From the NCBI GenBank assembly GCA_965644265.1, contig OZ286465.1, positions 22,444,001-22,508,000 on the forward strand: a stretch of 64,000 nucleotides of DNA, in the 5' to 3' direction. Each line of letters starts with the position of its first letter. Position 1 is the first letter of the stretch. Below are positions 12,601-25,985 of the stretch, piece after piece. The translations under genes and the position numbers were made by a program. The notes below the pieces were generated by a model. It was not told the origin of the DNA. It worked only from the letters and a program-made list of their open reading frames with translations, and searched no databases. The stretch comes from Glycera tridactyla. Its lineage: Eukaryota.

Positions 12601-14399
12601 GTATGCTCAGTGTTCTATGAAAGCTGGATGCTCTACAGGCATCATTCTCAATCTAATAATCAGTGTATTACCTCTGATACATTCATCTTCAACAGTGAAG
12701 AGGGCAACCAAATCCAACTGTGCATCGGACAACATGTACACCACCATTGACTATCAAAAGCTATCCACTAGTCGCTCACAAGCAGATCTGCCTCCCAACA
12801 TTGATTAACAAAGCATCAAAATGGGATTCAAGAGAAAGAGGACACGGTAAAAATTATCACAAATATGATAAACATAATTTGGGTTAAAGATTTTAGTGTG
12901 GCATTACATGGATTGAGAAGACAAATGAAATACACCTTCAATCCATGCTCGATTTTGTAAGTTGGTGAACGAAACATCGCACAGAAGAGGAGGAAGGTGA
13001 AAAACACACTCAAGCCGATTTGAATCAAAATACAGTATTCCCTAGATGATAAGTATGTGTACACATTTCTTGAGGACAGTGGCTGGCTCTCTCTTACATG
13101 CACATGCATGCAATGGTATCATAACAAGGTGCTTGATATGGTCTGTTGTCTTGCAATCAGACCAGCGTTCAGCGAAAAAGAATGGGCCACAAGCAATGTA
13201 CTCTCAGTATACAGCCAAATACATAGACATCATTATGACTGCAATGTTCTTCACTCCACACACCCACGCACTAGCTGTCATATATATTCATATTCAAAAG
13301 CCACATATCTGTTCCACACTTGCACACAATATGGAGTAAGCACAAATTTTATTTTCAACAAGTGAAAGCATCGGATTAAGTGCGGGTGGATGCACCACTC
13401 GCAAAGACTCACTTTGCAAGAATAAATACAGCTATCCTAATCAAGCTCATACTCTGTGACTCAAGCACTCATCAAGATTCCCACATTACACGGCTCACCC
13501 TAGAAGTGTCTATGGTAAATTAAGACATCAATAAACCCAGCAAACTGAAACCACAGATTGATTGAAACATCACCTACGGCCAACAATCCTTATCATCAAT
13601 ACATCTTGTTACCCAAAACTAGCACTATATTATCATAGCCAGCTCAACAAGATTATCCTCCAGATATTGGAAAACCATGTTTGATTAACTCATGTGATGG
13701 TTACTACCATAGTATTCAAACCATACCAAGGCAATGATTATTATTGCAATGACTGGAAACTATGATGATTGCACTAAATCTTGAAACCATAGTAATCATA
13801 CCGGAGTGATATAGTAACTACATATACTGTTACCATGCTGTTTTTGCGCAACTAGCATGGGCTATGTTGGACACTTTTTTTACTGACCATCTCTCCTGTA
13901 CTGACCTGTCAGAATCACAGGGAATAATCATCCCGATCCGAGGTCTAGATTCTTCACAACATTGTGGGATTGGTGGCTTAAACATTAGAGGGCGCCCATT
14001 ACAAACATGCTTTTTTGTGGCTGCATATTTGATGCTGATAGTAGGTGATATTGCATTCCATATGGTCTGACTTTACTGGGTTTAACAGTCGTCAAGTGAA
14101 ACAATAATTAGCAGTGTTCCAATCCGATGACGATTCAGACAACACTCCAAGAGTCAAGATGTCCCCATAAACAAAGTGAACATGATACAATTGCTCGTCA
14201 CTAGCTGCAAGACACAAACTGTACACACACTTGGACTCAGACATATACTCACTCATGAATACATGCACACACACACACAAACACACACACACACACACAC
14301 ACACACAGCTCACTCCGATGCACCAACCACACCAAAGATACTATAATAAGCAGCCATGTTCATACAGTCTAACCAGAGACACTGGTCGGACAAACATCT

Positions 14400-14405
14400 T
14401 TTATT
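14400..14405 (-). terminator. Candidate poly(A) signal AATAAA, unit II
   Basis: Homologous position to 37555-37560. Confidence 0.45.
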
Positions 14406-17400
14406 GACAAATCTGAATAATGACATCTTTCCATCATAGTAAAACATTCAACATTTAACATACAGATATCAAAATAAACAGATTCAGTTCCTTTTTTATA
14501 CATGACTCTCATAATATAGTGAGATGACTAGTATGGTACACACAAGCCACCAAAAAAGACGACTGCCGGATGATGGCAGCATTGACTCAGAACAAAGCAA
14601 CACACTTTAATGGTATACTACACAAAGATGGCCACCAGAACTCTGCTGCCATACCCAAATAACCCACCCTATACTCTTAACTTGTACATAGGACAGTATC
14701 GATGATCATGATTTGCTCTCTCTGATTATATTGATGATTTTGGACAGTAAACGCAATGTGAATATGAGGTAAGTTGGCTTATCCTGCAGAAATTGACACG
14801 AAAGCGCTGACTGGTTTCTGATTGTCCTCTTATACTGACTAGCTACCAAGCAATCTTTGTCATGAAATTCAAATTCTGGCATTATACCTTGTGGTCGTGC
14901 ATTACAGATGTTCTACTGAGACCTTCCCCGTCTTGATTGCATTCTACCCAAATAGAATATCCTTTGTATTGTAATAAGATACCGTTTGTTGGTTTGTTAG
15001 AGTTTAATGGCATGAATCAAGCTGATGGTTATGTATGCCATGCCTTCCAGACCTACTGGGGGTCTCGGCATTGTCACTTGCAGAGACCCTGAACACAAGA
15101 GAGTAGGGAAACAGAAAATCTGTCAGCATCATTGGTTAAAATAGCAGTGATCCGAGCAACCATGCCTGATTCTTCTCTGTTCAAATGCATGACATGGAGT
15201 CATGAAGTGGTTCCGGCTGAACAACAGACTGGTATAATACAAATTCTACAAATAACAGTACAAACTCATATTTACTCAAATATAAACTGACATGGGCCAG
15301 GCATACAAGCACCTTTGTTCATGAAAAACAAAATACTGACAATATAATGTGCAAATCATTAAATGAACAGACTGAAGATAACAAAGAAAAACATTCACCT
15401 GACATCAGATGATGCGAATGCGAAGGCAAATAAAGCAACTGAACAATCAGAAAGCAGAAATGTTGATAAATTGAAGCTACATTCTGAATATGATACCACA
15501 TATTCTTAAAAATCATCTGTTCTGAAACATCCAGCCAGATGGCACCTGAGGACACAAAACAGGTGGACACACGAAGCAAGTGGTTGACAGCCACCATGCC
15601 CCTAATCTAAAAGCCGTCAGGAAGACTCAATTGGATCTCAAAAAATCCATCCAGTTGTGACCTGTTGCGCAATTATTATTTCACATTTCAATTGTTATCA
15701 TTCGAAATCAGACATGGTCCCAGCCATGGATGTATGTTGCCATAATTCCTCAGTGGGTTACCAAAAGGGAGAAGTTTTGCCATCTCACAGGTCCATTTCG
15801 TGTAATCAATGATACAAAAAAATCCCAAACAAACAATTTCTCACTATCTTCATCAAACTGTCCTTCGATTTATCTATTTCTATATGCATTTATCTGTTCA
15901 TCTATTCATCATCATCAATTTTTTGAAATGTCATCTTTCCATGGTGATGCAACAGTGAACTGAATTACGATTTTGATATCATTAGGAGAAACAAAAAAAC
16001 ATTAATAAATAATCAGGATAATTGTTTCGCCTAACCAGACATTTACTTGTACACGCCAATCCACATACGGCTAGCAATTGGTCATAAATTTCAATGGCAA
16101 GTTATATGAAACTGTTGTCAACGCTTATGTTCTCTCATGACAGAGAATGTCACGAGGTCATCAAAAGACAGCGATGCAAGCAGACACATTTCACTGCAAC
16201 TTGAATTATTTAGAACAAGTAACAATACCCTTGTATATCCCACAACACTCACATAATACATGGACAACTGCACATTCCATATTATTCATCGACTGTCTTG
16301 TCCTGCTATGAACACTGTAATCGTTCGAATATACACATTTCAGCGATTGACATTCCAGTCCCATATTTGTGACCAGTATTTCTCTTTAATACACTTTGTG
16401 GATCAGTTGATTTCACACCTGAACTGGCCCATTGCAAAACTATCACTTCTCTCTCCATCAGGTTGGTTTCTCCAATCTCACTCATCATTCAAAAAGAGAA
16501 ATCCACTTTTGACATAGACAGAGAAAACAGTGCGAGAGTCATTTGCCTTTATCCATCAAAATCTGCCACTATTACTCATGATGTTCCCTCAGATTGTGCA
16601 GTGAGTAAACTTTGGTTTCGATTCTGTCAACTTGATGCAGATTTGATGCATTTTCTTTCATCATACCGAGCTGATATGCTCCCTCTTCTAGAGATACTAT
16701 GCTGCTTACAACCTTACACGATTCCATAGAGGTTATTCCTAAGTGACAATAACAAATGGTGTGATCTTATAGCACGTTTAAAAAGCAAGATTCAGCTATG
16801 GCCCATATTGCCACTGTACTGTAAGTGTGATTATGCAAGCACCCATCTATCACTCACACACATGCTCAAGCACACACGATTGCACGCATACCCTCACGCT
16901 CAAGCTCACACTTGCATACACACCTTCACAATGTCTATGTACAGTTCTACGTATGATGATGGGTTTTGGCAGTGAAATACACACATGGCATGAAAACAGA
17001 CATAGGGGGACCAGTGAAAATAATGGACTCATGACTACACCTAGCGCCATCTCTAGACCAAGCAGCATAATTAATCTCTCCTCAGTCCCACCATTAGATG
17101 GCGCTTTCATAAAGCTAATACAGGAACAAAATCTGACTAAAGTGTTTACCACATGCATAGTTGAAGCACAGTTTCAAAAAATATAAGGCAACTTTATTTC
17201 AAAAAATATGATAGTGAGTATATTTTCCGTGAGTGCTGAATAGAACACCAAGATGCCAGTGACAAATGTATATCTAAATATAGTTGTTTTGATTGCATGT
17301 CAAATCGAAAAGAGATATTATCAAGGATCCTTACTGTCTTCCAGATAAACAATATGCAAACATCACTGTTCTGGAGTGAAGTAGATAATCAAAGCATATC

Positions 17401-18771
17401 TCAAGAGAAACTAAAGATTGCTTGCAAGTCAAGAATTTACTTGCTCAAACAGAGAGGATTTTGTGGTCAAGTATACACATATAAGTACACCCATTTGCGA
17501 ATACCTCATCATAAAATTAACAGATCGGATAGGAATGAATCATGAAATTTCTTGAGCTACGGTCCAAGAATGAGTATTCACCACCATCCATACATGCACA
17601 ATCAGCCACTGTTACATGAGTGGCTGATACCATGACTCGGGATCCTATTCAGCACAAACAAAATACTATAACTCATCAACAGAAACCATGCTAGATGCAC
17701 AATGAAGCAAACGTCAGATCAAAACTAAAGGGCCAAAGTGTCAATTCCCGGACATCAATTCTTTTCCAATCATGGTGACAATGCCTGGAGTATCTTGGCA
17801 GGCATGCAATCATCTACCGACCACTGCATGCTTGACAAGAAGCATCATTCACCACCAGGATTTGCAGAAAACAAGCGATGGCTAAGAATTCACACTTAGG
17901 CCAACTAAAGGTGCATTGTCACTTGCTTTGCTCTCGGCCGTTTCTACACAGCATCAATGCTCCTAACAAGTCCACCTTGAATAGCAGAAATTTTTACGTG
18001 GTCCAACATCGACCAATATCAGTCATTTTCCTATCTCAGATCTGGTAATGTCTGCTTCCTTTGGTTTGTGTATGAGACGGGCTGACCTCTTGCCCCCCGA
18101 CTATGACTGCTCCAGCTTCTGTCAGACCAGGACGTCTCAAAGTTACGCACACAAACACGAAATTGAATACGAGTCAAAACAGCACGAAGCAAATCCAGCA
18201 CATGCCACCGGTTAAGTGTTCATTGCAGATTCCTGTGATGTTTTCTTTCGCTCAATGATTTGAAGATCCAGTCCTGGCAGGTACATTTCGGGGTTTAACC
18301 CACATGATGGATTTGAAGGTCCGGGAGGTCCCCTGAGAGCTGCTTAATCCCTGTCGATTCGAAACTGGCTAGCACCTTCTGACCAAGATGACCTGACATT
18401 GTTACATTATCACAAATGCCTGAAATATTTTCACGGTCAATGAACGAAGGAACACTAGCGATTATCTCGAAGCCATCTGATGAACCGGCACTTCCAATCT
18501 CTCGATTCCTACGGAAAATAATGGTGCTTGTCGACCTCTGAACCACCACGAATGACCATGAAGACTGCAGCTTCCAGAAATGAAACAGACCTCCATATTG
18601 CACTTGTTTCTGTGTCTAGATTGGCACATGTCACTGGAGCAGGTTGCAAGCATTTTGTCACACTGGCACACATCCACGCAAGCAGATACATTGATGTAGA
18701 CTCAACCACGAAAACAGCATCTGCTTTGGACACTCGATAATATCAAGGGGGGCCACAGAGTGGATGGTGTA

Positions 18772-18994
18772 TTATACAAAAGTGGAGAGTGCAGACGGGG
18801 AGGCGGCATCGGGCTCTTTCTCTTCTTTCTTCGTCTTGCCGCCGTACTGGCCAATAAAGGACCCGTCCTCGTTGAACTTACCCGGGTCCACCTCCGTGTC
18901 GTAATCGGCCATACTGTCTTCGTCGCTTCCGCCCATTGATCCCAGGCCACCACTCTCCACGGACCCTTGACTCTTCTTGAAGTCAGGCTCATCA
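18772..18994 (-). CDS. Nrg: Duplicated L1-family terminal exon, unit II (intact; usage unknown)
   Basis: Same 223-nt exon, same acceptor and stop, identical protein. Confidence 0.75.
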
Positions 18995-19402
18995 CTGAAA
19001 ACACATCAGAAACACCACACACATGAATATAAAGCATTTCCGAGGTCATACTACCCAAAAAGCACCGCTGCATGAGAAAGGACCTGCAACTTGAAGGCCA
19101 GCTCCTCTTGAGTCATCAAATCTTCACATGGCGATCACTATTCGGTCTCTTATTCAATCCATGTTCTATCGGGCAGAGACCACGATCATGAAAAATAATC
19201 ATGAGAAAGACAAGCAAAAGTAGCAACTAATTGGTTGGCTCTCTAAACATGAAAAGCAATTTGACGTCATCATCATGTCTGGATGCTGTTCCAAACATCA
19301 TTGTCGCAAGAGCTATTCCTCAGCTATCTCATCGGGTCCATGTTGTACAGCTCATGAAGAAATGGGCATTCTTTCGATATCAACAGCAGAGGACAGTGTA
19401 AA

Positions 19403-19618
19403 TATGCCTATTAGACTGTCGGTTTCGTTGAGTACGGCCAGGCTGTTGAGCACTTTTCGTATTCGGGTGGCACTCAACACTTTTTCATTGCATACAAATC
19501 TCAACGGTCATTTGACTACGTTGAACTCGTTAAACGAAACCTATTCGGGTGGGCTACGACCGTTAGGTAAATTTCCGTCAATGCACTTTCAACGAGACCT
19601 ACCAGTCGAATAGGCCTA
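19403..19618. mobile_element. MITE (family 1, junction copy 'B') at the unit II/III boundary
   Basis: Matches 7817-8032 by eye. Confidence 0.75.
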
Positions 19619-19967
19619 ATGACAACGACAACGACGAAGTCACGGTCAAGGTCAGGTCAGCCTGAGCCAATAAGCGATTGGTAGACCAAGAACTATAATG
19701 GGAAATGAAATCTAGAGCACTGCCATCCTGGTGATTATGTGGAATAGAAACCTTACTATGTGTATAATAGAAGTACATGTCTGCTTGGTTCAAACAATGA
19801 GCAGCAACTTGTATCGGCAGCTTGTATTCATGCGCCAGTGATGCAGTTCCCCTCACTCGAGTAAACACCACCATCACCTACATAACTCCAACTACACCAC
19901 CACGTTCCACCTACACCAGTATCACCTTTGTGGTGCTCCATTGGCAACAGTTGAATCCAACCCATGG

Positions 19968-20162
19968 TATCTAGGGGTGCAACTCCATGAAAAAATGAAC
20001 TGGAACACACACATAGATTACATTTGCAGCAGGGCCAGTAGAGTGTTATGCATACTCAGACGCAATATTGGTGCTTGCAGTCCAGAACTGAAACTTTTAT
20101 CATATATGATCCTAGTACGACCAATACTAGAGTACAGATCTAGGGCATGGGATCCTCACACT
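19968..20162 (+). mobile_element. LINE ORF2 fragment (array copy)
   Basis: Identical translation to 8382-8576. Confidence 0.85.
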
Positions 20163-20912
20163 TTGGAGTTTGGAGTCGTGTCGACTGATACCGAAAACAA
20201 TTGTCGATTGGAATAACATAAATAGCATTCAGCTAATTACATGGTTCAGTGCTAAAAACAAAGGGAATGCATGGTGTGATGTCATCAAGTCATCTGATTA
20301 ATTCCATGCACACTCCAATGCCCACTGCCAGTTCTGAAAGCAGCCTGATCATGATCACTGCCTGGTCATGTTCTATGGACAGGGCTGGCTGGTCCAGGGC
20401 ATGTCGCAATGTCAGCATTTTCACTTATTCAGTCTCATATAACCCAAGGCGGTTGAGAGGACGTTAGACTCAAACAGGCAAATGAACAGTCCACCTCCTA
20501 GCATTCGTTCGCTACGGTGAATCATTCAAAATAGGTGAATCTTCCCAAATTTTCTTAAGAGTGCGAACACACCGAGTCCATGCTGTTGCTGCTGGGTGGC
20601 TTGTGATCCAGTTAACCATGTTACCAGATTTTTTTTGCTAAGCATAAATCAGCATTCGATAGTTTGGCATACCAAATTTGACTAATAAATGCTCATAATG
20701 AGGTCGATCCCGTATTGGTTGTATGAAGAAATAAAACAACTTTGATATCTATACGTTTGCTTATACATTGGATATTCTGGTACAAAATCTGCTCCTGTAC
20801 AAATTCAATATGCAGGACAAAGTAGGGTCAGGCTCAGTGATGCAATCAAACCAAGATGATCCCCACCTATTTCAGTGTAAAATGCTACTCTAGTCTAGAT
20901 GTCCTAGTAAGG

Positions 20913-21187
20913 TAGAGTGGACCTATGTACAGAGACCACTCCTGGTTGCATTGAAAAGTGGTTTTTGGGGACAGGTGGTCTTTGAATAGAGGTCATTTTG
21001 AGGATATCATATTGCAACTCAGGGTGGTTCATCTTTGTAGGTAGGAGGCGATCTCTCGAGCAGGTTTGACTGTACAGGCATTGTGCCAGTGATAGAGGTT
21101 GTTTTCCGTAAAGAATAATGTCATGTTGCAACTCAGGGTGATCCATCTTTGCAGGTAGGAGGTGATCTCTCGAGCAGGTCTGACTGT
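20913..21187. mobile_element. Degenerate MITE family 2 (array copy)
   Basis: Copy of 9327-9606 lacking a 5-bp ctcta. Confidence 0.6.
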
Positions 21188-24100
21188 TCAGACAGTAACA
21201 GAGATCTTACTCGGCAACCAAATCGTGTGATACATCAGCACAACAGTACCTTCATGAGAATGTGGATTGATCAGTTACTTACCATCTTCTTTGCACCACC
21301 AGGGCTATACTGTGGCACTCATGCTATTTGAATGTGTGAAATCTAGTTGCTCAAGTCACTGATACTGCCTCTTGGGCCCTCAATGGATTTAGAGGTAAGA
21401 GTTCGTAATTATGAAGAAGAGAAGCGTATTTGGAGTGGTAAACCACAAACTGCTGACAACATGATTCAATATCTATTGACCCTATTCTCACAGCCGGTTC
21501 ACTGAATGGTGTTTCGGCAACCTGACACAGGGCTCCTTCTCAGATGGGTGACCGAAATGGACAAGGTTCACCATTCAGTAACATACCTGCACACAGATCT
21601 ATAGGATCTGCACTTCTTGCACAGGAGGTACTTGCATGTGTGTGGACAGCACTGAATGGGACCCTCACATTAGTTCACTCAGGTGTGAATAGGTACTTGG
21701 TATGTTTGTTTGTTTGTTATATGTTGTCACGATACAAAGGGTGAATATGTCTTATTTTCCCTCATGGGGAAAAACTCATGAGTTAGTAGATTCAGTTCCA
21801 TCTTCTCTATCTTCTATGATGTTGTGTATTCATTTATCATTGTGGAGAATTCTGTAGTTGTCCTGTTTCTATAATTTAGACTTTGTCACATTTGGTATAC
21901 CCTGTCCATGTATTATGAGGATAGGCAATCTTGGTTTCTGTTCCTGTTTTAGGTTGCCAGGCATCTTCATCAGCAGGTTTTCCCTGGATGTCTTGGAAAC
22001 TTGGTTTGGGAGCAAGCTCTAGCGTTTCTTGTTCGTATCCCTGTTCTTCCAGCTATATCATTATCATACTGCGATGTTACATGAAATTTGTTTTTATAGT
22101 TCCTTGTAGGCTCAGAAATTGGCTGTATAGGAGGGCACTGATCCAGTGTCATATGTGCTTCATGCTGCAGCCCCTTGGATGTTTGTTCCATTCTAACATG
22201 AACTCAAGTCCAATGGCCCCAAATGCAGCAGGGTGTCCAGTTGCAGCTAACAATTGTTGACGTTTTGCAAGAGAATGCATGCTGCTGTCAATCAAGCAGC
22301 AAGGGCTATTGGAATCTGTTTGTAAAGAATATCACATAGCTCTCAATGTACCTTATTCAGATCTCTACTGGTCCTCCGAAGAGAATTATTCGAGAAACTT
22401 CAAAATTCGGCCTCGAATTAAATTCATGGGATAAGGTTCTTGATGCCCGTGCAATTGGTATGGATTTGGATCATTCAAGACTTCTCCATCTGGGTCCCCA
22501 TTGGTTGTTGAAATTCTACTATCAAATTCATCCAGTGCAATTATTGTGATCAGGCCTGATTGCCAGAAGAAAAAAGGAAGATGATGCTTATACAATTCCC
22601 AACATGTCATTTCACACACTCATACCTTGGAAGAGAACAAGAAAGACATACACTGCCTATTTTGATACATGAAATTTTATTCAACATACATCAGTGGCAT
22701 ACAAAATAACGAGGAAAGCTTTAATCAAAGTCCTTCTCTTGGAAGGACAGGAGGATTCATTACAAACTTATGTGAAACTCAAAAAATGTGTTCAACTGTA
22801 ACATAAACCCTGATGACAAGATGGTTCGTGATTCGATCCATTGCTGAAAGAAGTTCACTTCACTCTATAATCCTATGGCATGAAGCTTTCACATCTATCA
22901 TAGGATCATGATCGAGTTGAGTTCATCCAGCAAAGGATGAATCGGATGCTGGGCATCAGGCGGTTGATGGGGATGCAGGTGAAGGTGATGCCATCAGTGA
23001 ATGCCACCAGATACACATCAAGCCAACTAATGATGACGAGTATTGGGAATGAGATACAATGGCACCTGTTCATCAATAAATAATCATATGAGTATTATAG
23101 CAACTTGAATGTCAGTTGTTAACTCGGATGAGCAGTGTCACTATCTTATCAAAACAGATATACCCATAAGCAATAAGTTGAACAAAAATATTTGCAATAC
23201 TGATAATGAATTTGAGATGGCTGAGGTCCTCACCAAGGTGGTGTGTCTGAGTGGCAAATCACTGAAGGGAGATGACTATGGCTTATGCCATCCAAGGATG
23301 CAATTGGTTTGGGGCCACAAATGGTGCATTGTCGGCTAGCAACGACCCGTAACCTGCCCCACACCAAATATTTAGTGGAATAATGATGCCAAGGCTTGAT
23401 CCACATCATCCGCAGCTTAAAGGAAGTCAGTGTATTAGCTGATGCACCAAATGCCCAACAACCAGTTCCAAAACAATCACACAATCAAATGTAAGGATAG
23501 AGGTGAATATTGATAACTAGAATAAGAATTGAAAGATATGGAATTACACCAATATCGAACCTATTGCGACTCACCCATCCAAAAGTAATGATTCTCTTCC
23601 ATGGCTGATTTTGAAATGATTCTCTTGCATGGCTGATTTTCACCAACAGTCAACACAATTACTAGGAGGCCATGATGTGAAACCTCTTGCCAATTAGCGT
23701 CAGCAAGAGTAGGCTGACCACTTGTATTCTCTCATTAACATGGTCAGAATTACGTCTAGTTATTCATTGCTCTAAAAACCATATGGCTTATTCCCACTTG
23801 TCTTCTCTTATATTGATAATCAGAATTAATGTCCAGCTTTCCATTGCTTTCAAATCCAAAGGCTTATTTCCACTTGTCTTCACTCATTAAGATAGTCAGA
23901 ATTAATGTCCAGCTTTCCATTGCTTTGAAATCGAAACCGAGGAAGCAGTGTCACTGCATTAAAATCATATGCTCTTATGGACCAAACTCAATTATTAGAC
24001 TATCTGGCTTCAAACTTTTATGGAATGATGCTCACAGCACAGAGGATGATTAAACAGACAATGTTTGAGACTTCCAAACGGCTAGAGATGGCACCAAAGC

Positions 24101-25979
24101 TCTTGCAAAGCATTATCCCTTTCTCATTCTGACCCTTGTTTGGTTAGGGGATTAATGGCTTGTATCAACATGAAGGATTATGTATGCTCAGTGTTCTATG
24201 AAAGCTGGATGCTCTACAGGCATCATTCTCAATCTAATAATCAGTGTATTACCTCTGATACATTCATCTTCAACAGTGAAGAGGGCAACCAAATCCAACT
24301 GTGCATCGGACAACATGTACACCACCATTGACTATCAAAAGCTATCCACTAGTCGCTCACAAGCAGATCTGCCTCCCAACATTGATTAACAAAGCATCAA
24401 AATGGGATTCAGGAGAAAGAGGACACGGTAAAAATTATCACAAATATGATAAACATAATTTGGGTTAAAGATTTTAGTGTGGCATTACATGGATTGAGAA
24501 GACAAATGAAATACACCTTCAATCCATGCTCGATTTTGTAAGTTGGTGAACGAAACATCGCACAGAAGAGGAGGAAGGTGAAAAACACACTCAAGCCGAT
24601 TTGAATCAAAATACAGTATTCCCTAGATGATAAGTATGTGTACACATTTCTTGAGGACAGTGGCTGGCTCTCTCTTACATGCACATGCATGCAATGGTAT
24701 CATAACAAGGTGCTTGATATGGTCTGTTGTCTTGCAATCAGACCAGCGTTCAGCGAAAAAGAATGGGCCACAAGCAATGTACTCTCAGTATACAGCCAAA
24801 TACATAGACATCATTATGACTGCAATGTTCTTCACTCCACACACCCACGCACTAGCTGTCATATATATTCATATTCAAAAGCCACATATCTGTTCCACAC
24901 TTGCACACAATATGGAGTAAGCACAAATTTTATTTTCAACAAGTGAAAGCATCGGATTAAGTGCGGGTGGATGCACCACTCGCAAAGACTCACTTTGCAA
25001 GAATAAATACAGCTATCCTAATCAAGCTCATACTCTGTGACTCAAGCACTCATCAAGATTCCCACATTACACGGCTCACCCTAGAAGTGTCTATGGTAAA
25101 TTAAGACATCAATAAACCCAGCAAACTGAAACCACAGATTGATTGAAACATCACCTACGGCCAACAATCCTTATCATCAATACATCTTGTTACCCAAAAC
25201 TAGCACTATATTATCATAGCCAGCTCAACAAGATTATCCTCCAGATATTGGAAAACCATGTTTGATTAACTCATGTGATGGTTACTACCATAGTATTCAA
25301 ACCATACCAAGGCAATGATTATTATTGCAATGACTGGAAACTATGATGATTGCACTAAATCTTGAAACCATAGTAATCATACCGGAGTGATATAGTAACT
25401 ACATATACTATTACCATGCTGTTTTTGCGCAACTAGCATGGGCTATGTTGGACACTTTTTTTTACTGACCATCTCTCCTGTACTGACCTGTCAGAATCAC
25501 AGGGAATAATCATCCCAATCCGAGGTCTAGATTCTTCACAACATTGTGGGATTGGTGGCTTAAACATTAGAGGGCGCCCATTACAAACATGCTTTTTTGT
25601 GGCTGCATATTTGATGCTGATAGTAGGTGATATTGCATTCCATATGGTCTGACTTTACTGGGTTTAACAGTCGTCAAGTGAAACAATAATTAGCAGTGTT
25701 CCAATCCGATGACGATTCAGACAACACTCCAAGAGTCAAGATGTCCCCATAAACAAAGTGAACATGATACAATGGCTCGTCACTAGCTGCAAGACACAAA
25801 CTGTACACACACTTGGACTCAGACATATACTCACTCATGAATACATGCACACACACACACAAACACACACACACACACACACACTCAGCTCACTCCGATG
25901 CACCAACCACACCAAAGATACTATAATAAGCAGCCATGTTCATACAGTCTAACCAGAGACACTGGTCGGACAAACATCT

Positions 25980-25985
25980 TTTATT
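25980..25985 (-). terminator. Candidate poly(A) signal AATAAA, unit III
   Basis: Homologous position to 37555-37560. Confidence 0.45.

Larger units (their letters stand above)
7817..19402. repeat. Array unit II (11586 bp)
   Basis: Runs from the MITE start at 7817 to the MITE start at 19403. Confidence 0.92.
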
